Source: Lama guanicoe (lineage: Eukaryota). From it: a stretch of DNA of 64,000 bases. How positions within the stretch are numbered: position 1 is the first letter of the stretch; each line of letters opens with the position of its first letter. This document shows, piece by piece, positions 26,670 to 40,882 of the stretch. The notes beneath the pieces are model-generated. The model made no database searches and was not told the origin of the DNA. It saw nothing but the letters and a program-made list of their open reading frames with translations. The stretch covers positions 5,235,514 to 5,299,513 of the forward strand of contig MU054117.1 of the NCBI GenBank assembly GCA_013239625.1, read 5' to 3'. A program made the translations under genes and the position numbers.

Positions 26670-29600
26670 GTAAGACCTGTCCAATGTGGGAGGGGACCCC
26701 CAGCAGGAAGAACCTCAGTCTCATTCCCAGAATAACTGTGAGCCTTCAGAGCACACCTGGGTGAAGACTCCAGTAACACAGTGCTTTCTTGAGGATTAGG
26801 TGCTCAAGGCAGCATAAGGGCTACTTGGCCCTGGGCAGTAAAGGCCCCAGACCTATGGATCCCTGGGCCCTCAGGGCTCTGTCATGTGTCGTAAGTGGCA
26901 GGGAGCTGAGGTCAAATGTTTCACACAGGTACAACTGCTGAGCTGGACCTCTGTGTCTTAGTCCATCAAGGTAGCTGTTTTGTGTTCTCTTTTGAGATGG
27001 TTGGTCAGGTGCAGGTACAAGAGAGGGGCAGCAAATACAGTTAATTGTACTCCCGGGTCCTAGAGGGACAGAGTCACCAGATTCCATAAGGTAGATACGT
27101 GCGGGAGGCGCCAAGTGGGCAGACTCAGCCAAACACGGGGGACCAAAAGAGAGAGTGAAGCCCTGTGAACATGTGACAATATTGGGCGTCAGGGTGGAGT
27201 TACACAGGCAAAAGGGGTGAAGGGATTTCACTGGTGCATCTGAGCATCACTAGGTCACAGTCAGGGGAGGGAAGACAGGGGATTTGTGGTGGGGGTTAGT
27301 CTTTGCTCATTGCTGCTCCTGGTCACCTGGGTGGGGTGCTCACATCCTGTTTGTGGGGATGTTGAGGCAGCAGGAAAATATGAAGTTCTAGAATCTACAG
27401 TGCAGTAGCTGGAGCAAAGCAAGTATCAATGGCAGTGAGGCCAAGAGAACCGGAAGTGACTCAGAGAAGTGCTCAGTCCTGTCTAAGTGTGTCTGACCGG
27501 AGCCAAGGTGGAGGCAGTAAAGACAGCAGTGAACCTAGAGTGTGAATGGGTGGTCACAGAATTTTGAAGAGGTGTTGCTAGTTCTTATCACTATGGTTGA
27601 TGAGATGTCCAAGACACGAATCCCATCAGAATAGAAAGATCTGATGAGATATCACAGTGAATTCCCTAATACATGTGGTTGGGTCCTAGAAAAGGACCAT
27701 GTAATCTGATGGGTTGATGGGATGGGGGAGCCTGAAGAACATTTGCAATAAGCCCTTAGCAGCCAGTGCCGATCAGCTCTTTTGTGTTCTGTTGGGGACG
27801 ATCATTGGAAAAGTGATCTTTCCCAGTCTCACTTTCAGCAGACCTTTGATAATACTAGTTGAGGTCCGTAAAAAAAAGTCATTTCCATTTTTTAAAGCTA
27901 GTTTATTGAGGTGTGATTGACATACAAAAAGGTGTTCATAGTTAATGTATTCTGCCTGTTGAGTTGGAGGTAAGTATACATCATGGAACCTGTTACCACG
28001 ATCGACGCCATAAACCTATTCATCATCTCAAAAGTTTTATTTGTTCCTCTTTATTATTGTTATTATTAAAAATTATTTTCAAGGGGCATTTGAGTTTCAG
28101 TTTGGAATTTTAAAAGAGAACTTGTTTTTTTTTTTTTAACATTTTAAGTAACGTTCCTTACTGTGACAATATCCTATTCATGGTTTTAACTGCAAATAAG
28201 CTTGTGGAAAGTCTACAGGAGGCCCCAGAATGGAGTGTGTAATGTCGGAACTCTGTGTGATATGAGCTTCCAATGTTGTCATTTTAAGAAAATTGAGGCT
28301 CCTGCTATTAATTCCAGTTAAGATACCCTCAAAATTATAAAGAGTGGGAAAGTGCGCTGACATTTAAATGTTGATTAGGAGTTTTACTCCCTGACTACCA
28401 TGGCTCTAACTTAGGCTCTCCCATTTTTAGGAAATGTTTCAATTTTCTTCTATTAATCTCTATGTCACCAGTTTCTTCCCTCTAGTCTGTATTTTCTATA
28501 TTTTCAGAACATGTTTTAGTGGCGTGAAGGAAAGTCACAGTGGTGGTGACGTGGCGGAGACAGGAGTAGAATAGCATGCCTTTTCAATATTCTAATTGAA
28601 ATGGAACTTTTGGAATTTCTTTCTCTCGGTTTTAGGAATGGGGTATGGAAGAGAAATTTCAGCTTGTGTAGAGGATTGTTGGAAGTGAAGTGCTGTGTTC
28701 AGGAGAAATCCCTTGGTAGAAACCATGACCTGAGAAGAAAGTTGAGGATCTTGTATGAAATAAGGAGGTGACTTCAGGGGCTCAGGAGGGATTCTTGGGA
28801 GGGACTTCACAGCTTGGGAAGGACTGCAGTATTGAAGTGCAAACTGTTGAGGGGATGAAGATGCAACTGACTGCAGAGGGGGGAGGTCGAGGATCAGGCT
28901 CCTTGCTCCCTCGTGTGCTCACCCCAGCCTCTGCTTTACGCCCCTTCCTGCTCCCATTTCTCCCGTCCCCTCTTCCTTATCTTGATGTGGGAGTGGCTTC
29001 TGAGCTCTCTAATAGCTGGCATTGGAAGGTTGCATTTTTTGTTTGTTCGTTTTTTTTTTTTTGTGGGAAGTATTTTCAATATGGATTCTATTTCTTTAAC
29101 AAATACAGGACTCCTTAAGGTTTTCCACTTTTTGTTATCAGATTTTGTTGAGTTGTGTTTTTCAAGTAATTAGTTTTCATGGACTCAGCCCATTTTACAT
29201 ACATTTTTCAAATTAGGATAAAATTTGTTCCTATCTCATCTCCTAATGGCATTCTTTATAGAAATAGGAAAAACAATCCTAAAACATGTTGATTAATTTT
29301 CATGCATACATGAATTTTCCTGTTTTCTTATCTTTATTGATTTTGAGTTTCATTTCATTGTCATCATAAAAGATACTTGGGGTAATTTTGATCCTGAATT
29401 TAAGACTTGTTTGTAACCTAGCACGTCACCTCTCCTGGAAAATATTCCATTGGTACTTGAGAAGAATGTATATTATTCTGTAGATAGGAATACAGAATTA
29501 GTCCAATGATGATATTAAAATCAATTCCTATCACCCTTTAGCATTTTCTAAGACTCCTGTCTCAGAAGAAAAACCTCTAATAGGAAGTGATCTGCAAACT

Positions 29601-30483
29601 CAGTGGTCTAGTCAACTCCCACTGAGAACTCACGCTCTTTCAGGTTCCTTGACAAACCCTGGAAGTTCAAGAGAGACGGCTAGGACCACCCTCTCTCTTT
29701 ATGACTATCTGAGCTTTCTTAACTCATCTCCTTTTCCATTTAGGTCACTTAAGAAATTCTTGCAAATTTTTTTGCCATCAAGAATTCTCAGAAAAACAAA
29801 ACGTGATGCCATAAAAATGAACTAGTTATAGTGTCTATTATTTCTTCTCTTGAGTGATCACCTGTCTACAGGTTGGCTTGCGTTCATGGATCCAGCCCTT
29901 GGGATTTTCCCCTAACCTAAGTCACTTGAGGATTAGCTCCTGGGAGAGAAAACGGATAAGAATATTAACCCCACAAGTCTCAGGAAAGCTTTCTAACTTT
30001 GTCTGGATGATGGGTCTCTACTCTCACAGCCCAGGTCCCTGTTCATTGGTTCTGTTGTTCCTATCTCCGTACTCAAGTCTGAGTGCCCACATATCAAGCT
30101 CTGTAGGCCTCAGGCCCTAAATGAGAAATTCGCTTCTCCAACCAACGCTAACATGTACGCTCCGGGTCCTCAGCCACTCCAGATGATTTGTGTTGGGCCC
30201 TGTAGTTTCCAGGTCCCTAGATAAGGAATTCACGTTTCTAATGAACCTCAGAGTATACATTGTTGGGATTCAGCCATTCCAAACCGGCCCTGCAATCCTT
30301 CTGGATTTCTCTTCAGAAACTTGCTCATGAAAATGCAATTATGATAATAACCATCAAATTCTCTCTCTGTACACTACTGTTGCAAAATAAAAGCTTTCAC
30401 GCCATTGCCCGTGACATGTGGTTTCAGCTGCCAGGCCGGGACCATGAGCACTCACTGAGTTTGTCATTGTTGCTTCCACTTAG

Positions 30484-30792
30484 GATTTGTGCGTCTGGCT
30501 GGAGGAGACAGACCCTGCTCAGGGCGAGTGGAAGTGCATCCTGGGGAACACTGGATTCCGGTGTCTGACGGGAACTTTACCTTCCTCGCAGCCCAGGTCA
30601 TCTGTGCAGAGCTGGGCTGTGACAAGGCTGTGTCTGTCCTGGGACACGTGCCCTTCAGAGAGTCAGGTGGTCAGATCTGGGCTGAGGAGTTCAGGTGTAC
30701 CGGGGAGGAGCCTGAGCTCTGGTCCTGCCCCAGGGTGCCCTGTCCAGGAGGAACCTGCCGCCACAGTGGAGCTGTTCAAGTTGTCTGTTCAG
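30484..30792 (+). CDS. WC1: WC1 copy 1 exon 3, SRCR domain b
   Basis: FVRLAGGDRPCSGRVEVHPGEHWIPVSDGNF...HSGAVQVVCS; tag| and |gtgaga. Confidence 0.95.
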
Positions 30793-30884
30793 GTGAGATG
30801 CAGATCAGGACTCTAACCTCCCTGCACACCCTGGTCAGGTGAGGAAAACATGAGATTTTGCTGAGATCCTATCTTTTCTACCAG

Positions 30885-31202
30885 CATACTCAGAAGTGCG
30901 GCTCATGAACAATGGCACGTCTCAGTGTGAGGGACAAGTGCAGATGCGTATTTCTGGAGGATGGAGAGCGCTCTGTGCCTCCCACTGGACGATGGCCAAC
31001 GCCCATGTTGTCTGTCGTCAACTTGGCTGTGGAGTCGCCACCTCCACCCCCAGAGGAACATACTTTGTTGAAGGAAGCGATGCGATCTGGAAAGCCCGAT
31101 TTCACTGCTCGGGGGCTGAGTCCTTCTTGTGGAATTGCCCTGTGACTGCCCTGGGTGCTCCTGACTGTGCCCACGGAAACACAGCCTCTGTGATCTGCTC
31201 AG
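30885..31202 (+). CDS. WC1: WC1 copy 1 exon 4, SRCR domain c
   Basis: YSEVRLMNNGTSQCEGQVQMRISGGWRALCASHW...HGNTASVICS, after a 92-bp intron. Confidence 0.95.
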
Positions 31203-31844
31203 GTGAGAGAGAGGGAGGGGCTGACTGGTACTCAGGATGCTCCTTGTGGAAAATGTCCCCAAGAGCAGAGAATGAGGGAAAAATGGCTTCAAAAGTTAGA
31301 TATTTGATGGCAAAATAGTTCTTCTCATTGTACAATCATTTTCCAGGTCAGGGCAGGAAGTGTTAAGAGAAATAATGCTTTTAAAAATCAAAATCATTAC
31401 TTAATTACATATAATCATGGAGAACAATGTGTGAGCAATAAGTGTATTTCTCAGTCGGGGCTTTTTCCCCCTCTGAACCATTTGAAAATTACTATGCACA
31501 TCAGGTCCCTTTACTAAGTACCTTAGCATGTATTTCTTAAGTACAAAGACATTCATTCAAATTCAGGAAATTTTAATTTTACACAGTATTGTGAACTATT
31601 TGCTTCGAAATACATCTGCACCTGAAGCTGTCAGCTTTTTTCAGTTGTTGTTATTGTAGAAAGGTTTAAATTACAAGTTCAATATTTTTAATGAAATCAG
31701 GATTATCCAGATTTTCTATTGGTTCTTGTGTCATTATTTCAAGTGCTGTTTTTCAAAAAAATTTTCCACTTTAGCTAAATATGCAAAAGTCTTGGCAAAA
31801 GTGGAGTGACATCAGCATCGTAGTGTAAAATTCCCCTCCTTTTT

Positions 31845-33088
31845 GTGAATACTGGGGTACAGTTATCTTTTTAAATTAGAGTTTCCTCTGGATATATGCA
31901 AGAGTGGGATGGCTGGATCATAGAGTATGTTTATTTTCAGTTTTTAAAGGAATCTCCTTACGGTTATCCACAATGGCTGCACCAAACTACACTGCGACCA
32001 ACAGTGTAGGAGGGTTCCCTTTTCTCCACGCCCTCCCCAGCATTACTCCTTTGTGGACTTACTTAATGATGGTCATTCTGACTGGTGTGAGGTGATACCT
32101 TACTGTAGTTTTGATTTGCATTTCTCTGATAATTAGCAATAGGGAGCATTTTTTCATATGCCTATTGGCCATGTGTATGTCTTCCTTGGAGAATTGCTTG
32201 TTAAGATCTTCTGCCCATGTTTGGATTGGGTTGCTTTTTTTTTTTTTGTTATTAAGTTTTACGAGCTTGTATATTCTGGCAAATAAGCCCTTGTGAGTCA
32301 CATCATGTTTAAATATTTTCTCCCATTTCATAGGTTGTCTTTTTGTTCTGTTTATAGTTTCCTTTGCTTCACAAAAGCTTGTAAGTTGAATTAGATCCCA
32401 CTTGTTTATTTTTGCTTTTATTTCCATTGCCTTGGTAGACTACCCTAGGAGAACATTGTTATGATTTATGTCAGATAATGTTTTGCCTATGTTTTCTTCT
32501 AGGAGTTCTATAATGTCTTGTCTTATGCTTAAGTCTTTAAGCCATTTTGAGTTGATTTTTGTGTATGGTGTGAGGAAGTGTTCATTACATGCAGCTGTGC
32601 AGCTTTCCCAGCACCACTTACTAAATAGCCTGTCTTTTCTCCATTGAATATTCTTGCCTCCTTTGTCAAAGATTAATTGATTGAAGGTGTGTGGGTTTAT
32701 TTCTGGGCTCTCTGTTCTGTTCCATTGATCCATATGTCTGTTTTTGTGCCAATACCACACTGTTTTGATTATTGTATTTCTGTAGTAGTACTTGAAGTGT
32801 GGGAGGTTCATTCTTTCAGCCTTGTTCTTTTTCTTCAGTATTACTTCGGCAATTCTGGGTCTTTTGTAATTCTATATAAGTTTTAGAGTTATTTGTCCTA
32901 GTTCTGTGAAAAATGTTCTGGGTCACTTGATAGGGATAGCATTAAATCTGTAGATTGTGTTAGGTAATATGCCCATTTTAACAGTATTAATTCTTCTAAT
33001 CCAAGAGCATGAGATATCTTTCCAATTCTTTAAGTCATCTTTAATTTCCTTAATCAATGTTTTGTAGTTCTCCATGTATAAGTCTTGA
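31845..33088 (-). mobile_element. LINE-1 ORF2 3' fragment, relatively well preserved
   Basis: Minus ORFs [89 protein letters not shown]. Confidence 0.92.
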
Positions 33089-33089
33089 G

Positions 33090-33960
33090 AATAGGTGAAG
33101 AATTTATAACACAAAAAATAAGAAAAGAAATACCCCATTTAAAAGTGGGCAAAAAGTAAGAAAAACAGTTCCCAAGAAATGCTATAAAATGACCAATAAG
33201 TAAATTAAAAGATACTCAGCATCATTAGATATTAAGGAAATTCAAATTATAGTGTGAGGAGATATTGCTTAACAAATGAGAATGGCTAGAGTTAAAGGGG
33301 CGGACAGTCCCCAGTTTGGGCAAGGATGTGCACTAACTAGACCTCTAGTACATTGCTGATGATCATGTGAAAGAAAACAACCCCCTTGGAAAATGAATAC
33401 TTTTTTTTAAAAAGGGTAAACGTATACTTACTGAGTTGCCCAGCAATTCTACTACACCCATAAGAGATGAAAACGTATACCCACAAAAAATTTAGGCAAG
33501 AAAGCTCATGGCATCTTTATTCACAGGAGCCAAAAATTATAAACCACTCAATTTTTATTAACAGAAGAATGGAAAACAAAGAATAGCAAAATCAAACAAT
33601 AGAAGACTTTTTAACCAAAAGAACAAACTACTGATAGCTAGACACATAAATCTCAAAACACGCTGAGTGAAGGAAGCCATGCGAAAAGGACTACATACTG
33701 TATAATTTTTTTAAATTCTAGAAAATGTAGACCATGTCTATTAGATAGAAGACAGATGAGTATTTGCCTGGGTCTGGCTCTGTGGGGGCTTCTATTGGTT
33801 GCAAAAGGCATATAGGAATTTTGGGATCATCCCTTATATCCCATATTTTAATTTTGGTTAGTTACACTGGTAGTTACAATGATCAATACTCATGAAAATG
33901 GCCTCTTAAAATAAGCGTATTTTATTGCATGAAAACTGTTCATTATAGTTGATTTTATTA
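33090..33960 (+). mobile_element. Older LINE-1 3' fragment in sense orientation
   Basis: A-rich L1 3' phrases (aaaagtgggcaaaaag...tactcagcatcattag...cccagcaattctact...gctgagtgaaggaagcca). Confidence 0.6.
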
Positions 33961-34579
33961 CTTGTCTCTTGTTTGTTTCTAGCTTAATTCTAGTCTAGCC
34001 AAAAAATAATTTTTAATGAGTTTGGCTGTTTGAAAATTTTTGGATCTCATTTTCTGTGTGACATATGATTGGCCTCAGTAAATGACCTGTGAGTACTTGG
34101 AATGAGGTGTATTCTGTGGGCTTGACGTGCATGTTTGTTAAGTCACACCATTCAAATATCCTAAATATTTATTGTCTGGTTTTGCTGGTTTGCTGTATCA
34201 GTTACTGAGACTGGTAGAAGGTGTTTTCTGGTAACTATTGCTGCAGAACAAGTTACTACAAAGTCTAGTCACTTAAAGCAACTTTTACTTCACATAACAC
34301 AGATCGCTATTTTTCCTCTGGTTTCCACTCACATTTTCCTCACTTGCTTTAATTCTCATTGACAGCATTGCCCAGATCCATCGGGTCTCTCCTAACAATC
34401 TCCTCTACCCCGTTTAGCTTCTGCCTATTACTTTGTTCCAAAAGCAATGTCCCATGTTTCAGATGTCACCCCACATTTGGGCTATTATAGATAAGGGTGC
34501 TAAGAACATGCATGTGCAAGACCTTTTGAAGACAGACGTTTCTTTGTCTTCAGTAAATACTTAGAAATAAGGAAAGTTT

Positions 34580-34960
34580 AAGTATTCTGCATAACAAAAT
34601 TTGTCCCCGAACTTAGCAGTTTAAAACTCCTTTTTGTTTTTGCTGCTGATTTCCTGTGTAAGGAATTTGGGAAGGGCTCAGATTGGCAGTTCTGTCTTGG
34701 GGTCTCATGAGGTTTCAGTCAGGTATCAGCTGGGGCTGAAGTCATCTGAAGACCCAGGATGGTTCATGAACATGCCTGGCTGCTGGATGTTCAGCTGGGC
34801 TGCTACCTGGAGACCCAAACATGACAGTCTCTCCAAGACAGGAGTCTCAACAGGGTAGACTTTCACTAAAGCAAAAGTCCCAAGTGATTCACAAGAGGCT
34901 GCATGACTTTTCTGACCAAGTGCTGAAAGTTAAGCAGTGTTTCCTACAACTTCTCAGTGG
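34580..34960. mobile_element. MaLR (MLT1-like) LTR fragment
   Basis: ctgcataacaaaat...aacttagcagtttaaaac...aggaatttgggaagggctcag...gctggggctgaagtcatctgaag. Confidence 0.5.
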
Positions 34961-35459
34961 ACATAACATCCAAGATTTTGTGGATTTTTCAAAACCAGCA
35001 AGGTGTACAAAATGGCTGATTGTGGATTTTAAATTTCTACCTCTAGTTCTGTCAGTTGTGGCTTTTTGTATCTAGGACTTAATATACATGAATGCTAGAC
35101 CTTTTGGGCATCTGTATGTACGTTTTTATAGTTTCCAGTTTTGGTTTTCTGTGCTTTGTTCTGTGTATTTCCTTCTGATACTACATTTTGCTACGTCTAT
35201 CTTTTGCTGATTTAATGGGCTGTTACACTCATCCTCTGAGTTCTTATTTCAAATATCAACTTTTCCAGTTCTAGAATTTTTGATTCTTTATCATTTCTCT
35301 ACCAGAATACTATCTTGTTTCATTCTTTGAATATTTCATTCATGGTAATTCAAACTCCAGTCACTCCAAAGCTGAATGTCCTGTAAATTTCTTTCTAATG
35401 CCTGTTTATTTCCCTTATGAATTTTGGTCAGATTTGTTCTTTGTTATGACTGGGTATTT

Positions 35460-37289
35460 CTTGTTTTTTCACTGTGTTTTTTTTTTTTTAAATCTTTCAT
35501 CATTCAGATTTGCTCAGAACATCACAGTAGGCACGAAGGGAAAAATAACTGCATTTGTTCAATGCAATCTGTCCGAAGTATATTATAATATATGAAACCA
35601 TAACATAAGCTCCTAGGGAAGGAAAAAGCACTCAAAAATTAATTTTGCTATTAAGGTTCAAGATTAAGACCAACAACATCCAAGTCAACCACGTATAAGG
35701 TTTAAGTTCAAAGTGCGTTTTCATTCCAGTGAGTTTACAGAAATGCTGGAGTGAGGTGTATGATTTGAAAGTCAAATCCTTAAAGGTTTGTGTGCTAGTA
35801 TTTGAATAAAATGGAAAATGTCAGCATAGTTTCAGTGGCTTTCAATTTCTTGTTTGATCTCGGAAATGTACGGATGATCTTTGCTGTGGGCTACTTCCGT
35901 GATGGCGATGGCCTCCTTCAGGGCTCTCTCTCCTGCAGCTCTGTTCTCCAGGCCCAGGTACAGTCTTCCCAGCTTCAGCCACATGGAGGCCACACTGAGG
36001 GAGCACAGAGGGTAATGTTTACTGTAGGGCTGGATGATTTTCTGTCTGTACTGCAGGGCTCCCTCCCAGTCCTGCATGTACAGGCAGACGCCCGTGGCCT
36101 GGTACATCGTGTGCAGCATGTATACATCACTGTCCTCGAACACGCAGCTCATCTCCTGGCTGAGCTTGCAGATCTCCAGCAGCTCACTAGGGAATTTGTA
36201 GTGCTTGGCCCTCCGGAACTCCTCTATGACATTTCGTGCATATCTTACCATGTCACGGATGGCTTCTGCCTTTGGGGGGGTCGCTGAGCTTCCGGATTTC
36301 CACCTTGGCCTTATCCTTGTCTTTGGTGGTGCACTTCCAGCACCCACAGGTAAAGAAGTAAGAATCTCTCAGCCGGTCATTCCTATCCTCCGTCGGGTGC
36401 AGCAGGTCAATGTAGCTGGAAAAACCTCCTCTCCCGGGTAGATTTCCTGGACAGCTTTGAATTCTTACAGGGTCCCCTTGTAGGTCACAATGACATTCGG
36501 GCAACAACTATGATTCATCAGTGCCACATCAGGAAATATTGCTGATCCCAAATGAGACTGTTCTTCATCTTCAATTGTGAAGCCATTACTGTTAACCTGT
36601 GCAGAGTACAGCCAGGCTGTCATTGTCAGGAAATTCCAGGTGCTTGGAGAGCAGCAATGTCACTCTGAATCAAATCCCTCTTCTCGTCTAATTTATGCAG
36701 ATATGATTCAAACTCCTTCACGGCTAACAATTTCTCTGAAGGTGTTCTCTCTGGGTAGATTTTCTGTTTGGCCAGAATCGTTGCAGTGAGCCTTACAGTC
36801 TCTGAGGGATTCCAGTTTCCCCCACAAACAACCGTGGGAGAACATTCCAGCTTGTACATGGACCAGTCTTCTTTCTGACACTCCACATTGCAGTAAAATG
36901 CCTGCCTGCGCCTTCCACATTTGGACAATCCTTCTTCCCTGGCGAAGCAGAACTCGCAGTGGTCGGCCCGCTCGTTGCCCGTGAGCACGTCGGCGTAGGC
37001 CGGGCAGAAGAAGAGCAAGTCCCCCACCTGGAAGGGCTGCAGGGCCCGCAGCCCCCGGCCCTTGGCCGGGCTGCACAAGCGCTCCAGAGCGCCATCGCCC
37101 TCGGCCCGCATGCTGGCGGCGGGGCTGGCGCAGAGCGGGCCGGGCTGGCGGAGCCGGAGCTCCCCGCGAGCTCTCATTGGAGAAGCGTCACCCAGAGCCG
37201 CGGGGGGGCGGCGTGGGGAGCCGTCCGGTGGCCTTGGCGGCTGCCACCGCTCCCCAGAAGGGACGGCGGCCCCTCCTGGTCCTCGCGCC
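35460..37289 (-). pseudogene. SMYD2: Processed SMYD2 pseudogene (5' UTR, full CDS 37111-35832, 3' UTR, A-rich tail), antisense in WC1 intron 4
   Basis: Intronless MRAEGDGALERLCSPAKGRGLRALQPFQVGDLL...HSKDHPYISEIKQEIESH-stop split over several frames; T tract at 35477-35489; direct repeat ATGACTGGGTATTT at 35446-35459 and 37290-37303. Confidence 0.96.
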
Positions 37290-37941
37290 ATGACTGGGTA
37301 TTTTTGATTGACAGATATTATAGATGGAAAATTGTAGAACTTCTTCAGACAGGATCTTACTTGCTGCCTCCAGGCACCTGACTTAGGAGATGCTCACTTC
37401 ATATAAAAGAAAGTGAAGTAGTTGCAGCCGGGCATCCGTCCCTGTGAGGAACAGTCTATTTCCGGTTCACTCTTCCTTCTGTGATGCAAGTGTTCCGGAA
37501 CAGGGCTCCTCCTCTTTGCTGGACCCTGAATGACGCTTTGTGCTCCCCGAGCTCTGAGAGTCTGCAGAGTCTCTGATGAGCTTCTCAGAGACTCACCTTT
37601 TACATGTCAATTGACAAAGGCCTCAGAAGAGGTGGCTCACCTCTGCCTTCCACATCGGAGAGCATGGGTCCAAATACTCTCACCGCCTTGGGAGCTCTCA
37701 GCACTGCCCCCCAAATATTGATACTTTCTCGGTTTTGTAAACTCATTCTTCGTGAAATGCTCGGCTTAAAACAGAAATTCTGGCACCGTCAGAAGCAGAC
37801 CGCTCCATAGGGAAGGTGAACTCTAAATAGGGTAACTTCACTGCTATGTTACAGCTTTCATCTCAGACCTGATCAGCAGGTCATTATTTGGTTTAATTCA
37901 ATTTCCTGTTCTTCAACCCTCTGATCATTGCTGTCCTGCAG

Positions 37942-38034
37942 GAAACCAGACCCAGGTGCTGCCCCAGTGCAACGACTCCGTGTCTGAACCGGGAGGCTCT
38001 GCAGCCTCCGAGGGGAGCCCGGCCAACTGCTCAG
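37942..38034 (+). CDS. WC1: WC1 copy 1 exon 5, interdomain linker
   Basis: GNQTQVLPQCNDSVSEPGGSAASEGSPANCS, like the WC1 c-d linker; 93 bp, phase 1-1. Confidence 0.92.
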
Positions 38035-38055
38035 GTGGGGGTCCCGCAGGCCTAG

Positions 38056-38487
<432 letters not shown>

Positions 38488-38714
38488 TGAGCCCTGAGGG
38501 AGAGTAGCTGGCAGGGCCAGAGGAGGAAGCCCCTTCCCTGGAGCCCGTCTTTCCAGCGGGTGAGACCAGGTGCTCTCACGTCCTCCTGCAGCGGCTGAGG
38601 GGCTGGGCCTTCCTGCTCAGCAGCATCTCCTGGCAGAGCCGTTTCTCACAGTTTCCACGTGAAAGCAGGGCTCACTCTTCAGTTCCCTTTGGTAGGAAAG
38701 TCTGGAGATCCTCC

Positions 38715-39221
38715 TGGTATTGTAATGTCACCACGTACTGAGTAGTTAAAAAAATCAGGAGTGTATTATTTCACTGTTGTGCAGGTTAGACTTCTGACAG
38801 GGGTCATGGTGGGCTGACGCCAAGGTGTCCACAGGGCTGCACCCTTTCTGGAAGCCCTGGGGAGGGATTCCTTTCCCCCGTCTTTCCAAGTCCCTAAAGA
38901 CGGTGTGCACTCCTTGGCTCAGAGCTCTCTTTCTTTTTCTTCAGACAAATAACATTGCCTCCCCCTGACTCTTTTTCCTGAGTCACATTCCCCTCTGACT
39001 GAAGCTGAGAAGGTTACCCATTTGTGAGGATAGTGGGTCTAAGGATGTGATTAGACTGGGCTCTCGTGGTTAATCTACAATACTCCAGGTGACTTTCACC
39101 ACCCCAAGGTTTGTACGTTAATTACATCTGTAAAGTCCCTTTTGCCAGGTGAGGTAACATATTGACAGGTTTCAGGGATTGGATGTAGAGATTTGTGGGT
39201 TCATTATTCCATCCATCCCCA
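38715..39221. mobile_element. MaLR (MLT1-like) solo LTR
   Basis: caaggtgtccacagggctgcaccctttctggaagccctgggg...aattacatctgtaaagtcccttttgccaggtgaggtaacatatt. Confidence 0.7.
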
Positions 39222-39532
39222 TAATATCCACATCCCCTTCACATCTCCTTCTAGAGGTTTTGTCAGGAGGAGAATTCAACTTCCGCTCCTTGCAGGGGGC
39301 CTAGGTTGGTCTTCCTCTCTGTTCATATTCCATTCCATCCTTGTGGTAGAGCTGGAAAGAGAGACACAAATGGACAAAGTCAACTTAAAGTTAAACACAT
39401 CTCAGTCTTGTCACCTCATGGGTGTCTACTCAGCTGGGTCAGAGGTTAATGTTCACAATTTCTGGGAGAGAGGAACACTCAGGTCGTTGAGTGGAGTGTC
39501 AACTGTGCCCTGTCTCCCCCTTTTAATTTTAG

Positions 39533-39847
39533 AGTTCCTGGCTCTCAGGATGGTGAGCAAGGACCAGGAGTGTGCCGGGTGGCTGGAAGTCTTCTACAAC
39601 GGGACCTGGGGTAGTGTCTGCCGCAGCCCCATGGAAGACATCACCTTGTCCATCGTCTGCAGCCAGCTTGGCTGTGGGGACAGGGGAATCTTGAACACTT
39701 CTGTTGCCTTTAGGGAAGGTTCTAGACCCCGGTGGGTGGATGGAATCCTGTGTCAGAAAACTGATACCTCTCTCTGGCAGTGTCCTTCTGACCCTTGGAA
39801 ATACAGTTCGTGTTCTCCTAAGGAGGAAGCCTACATCTCGTGTGCAG
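39533..39847 (+). CDS. WC1: WC1 copy 1 exon 7, SRCR domain e
   Basis: EFLALRMVSKDQECAGWLEVFYNGTWGSVCRSPMED...SCSPKEEAYISCA. Confidence 0.95.
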
Positions 39848-40176
39848 GTGACTCGCTGTCTGTCGCTATGTGTCTGACCCCACCTTGTAGGGTGTTCCTA
39901 GTGAGACTTTATATTTTTAAATGTAAGTGATGGGTTTAAGTTGAGGGTACAAAATGTGTGTGCATGCATGCATGTGTGTTCTGTATTAGTTGTGGAAGGT
40001 GGGGTGTGATATATAACTGAACAGTGAAGGTAATTTCAACTAATGTGTCAGCAGTATGTATTATGAAGCCTGTGTTTTCCCTTCTCATTTGCACTGAGCT
40101 AGATAATCTTGTCTTGAAGATAAGTTCCCCCAAAGCTGTCCCTGATCCAGTGCTTCCCCATTGTTTGTTTCTGTAG

Positions 40177-40734
<558 letters not shown>

Positions 40735-40882
40735 TAGCTCTGGATGTAGGACAGGGGGGCTGGGGGGACTCAACATGGATGTTGTGGTAACTGAGGGGTG
40801 ATTTCAAGGCTCAGGAAGGATACGTGGGCTGCCCTGCATTCTGCCCAGTCCCTGGGCTCCAAACCCCTCTTTTTCTCTCCAG

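Noticed and set aside
35832..37111. Functional SMYD2 gene or intact retrogene
   Set aside because: At least four frameshifts, lost zinc ligands, no introns, A tail and TSD
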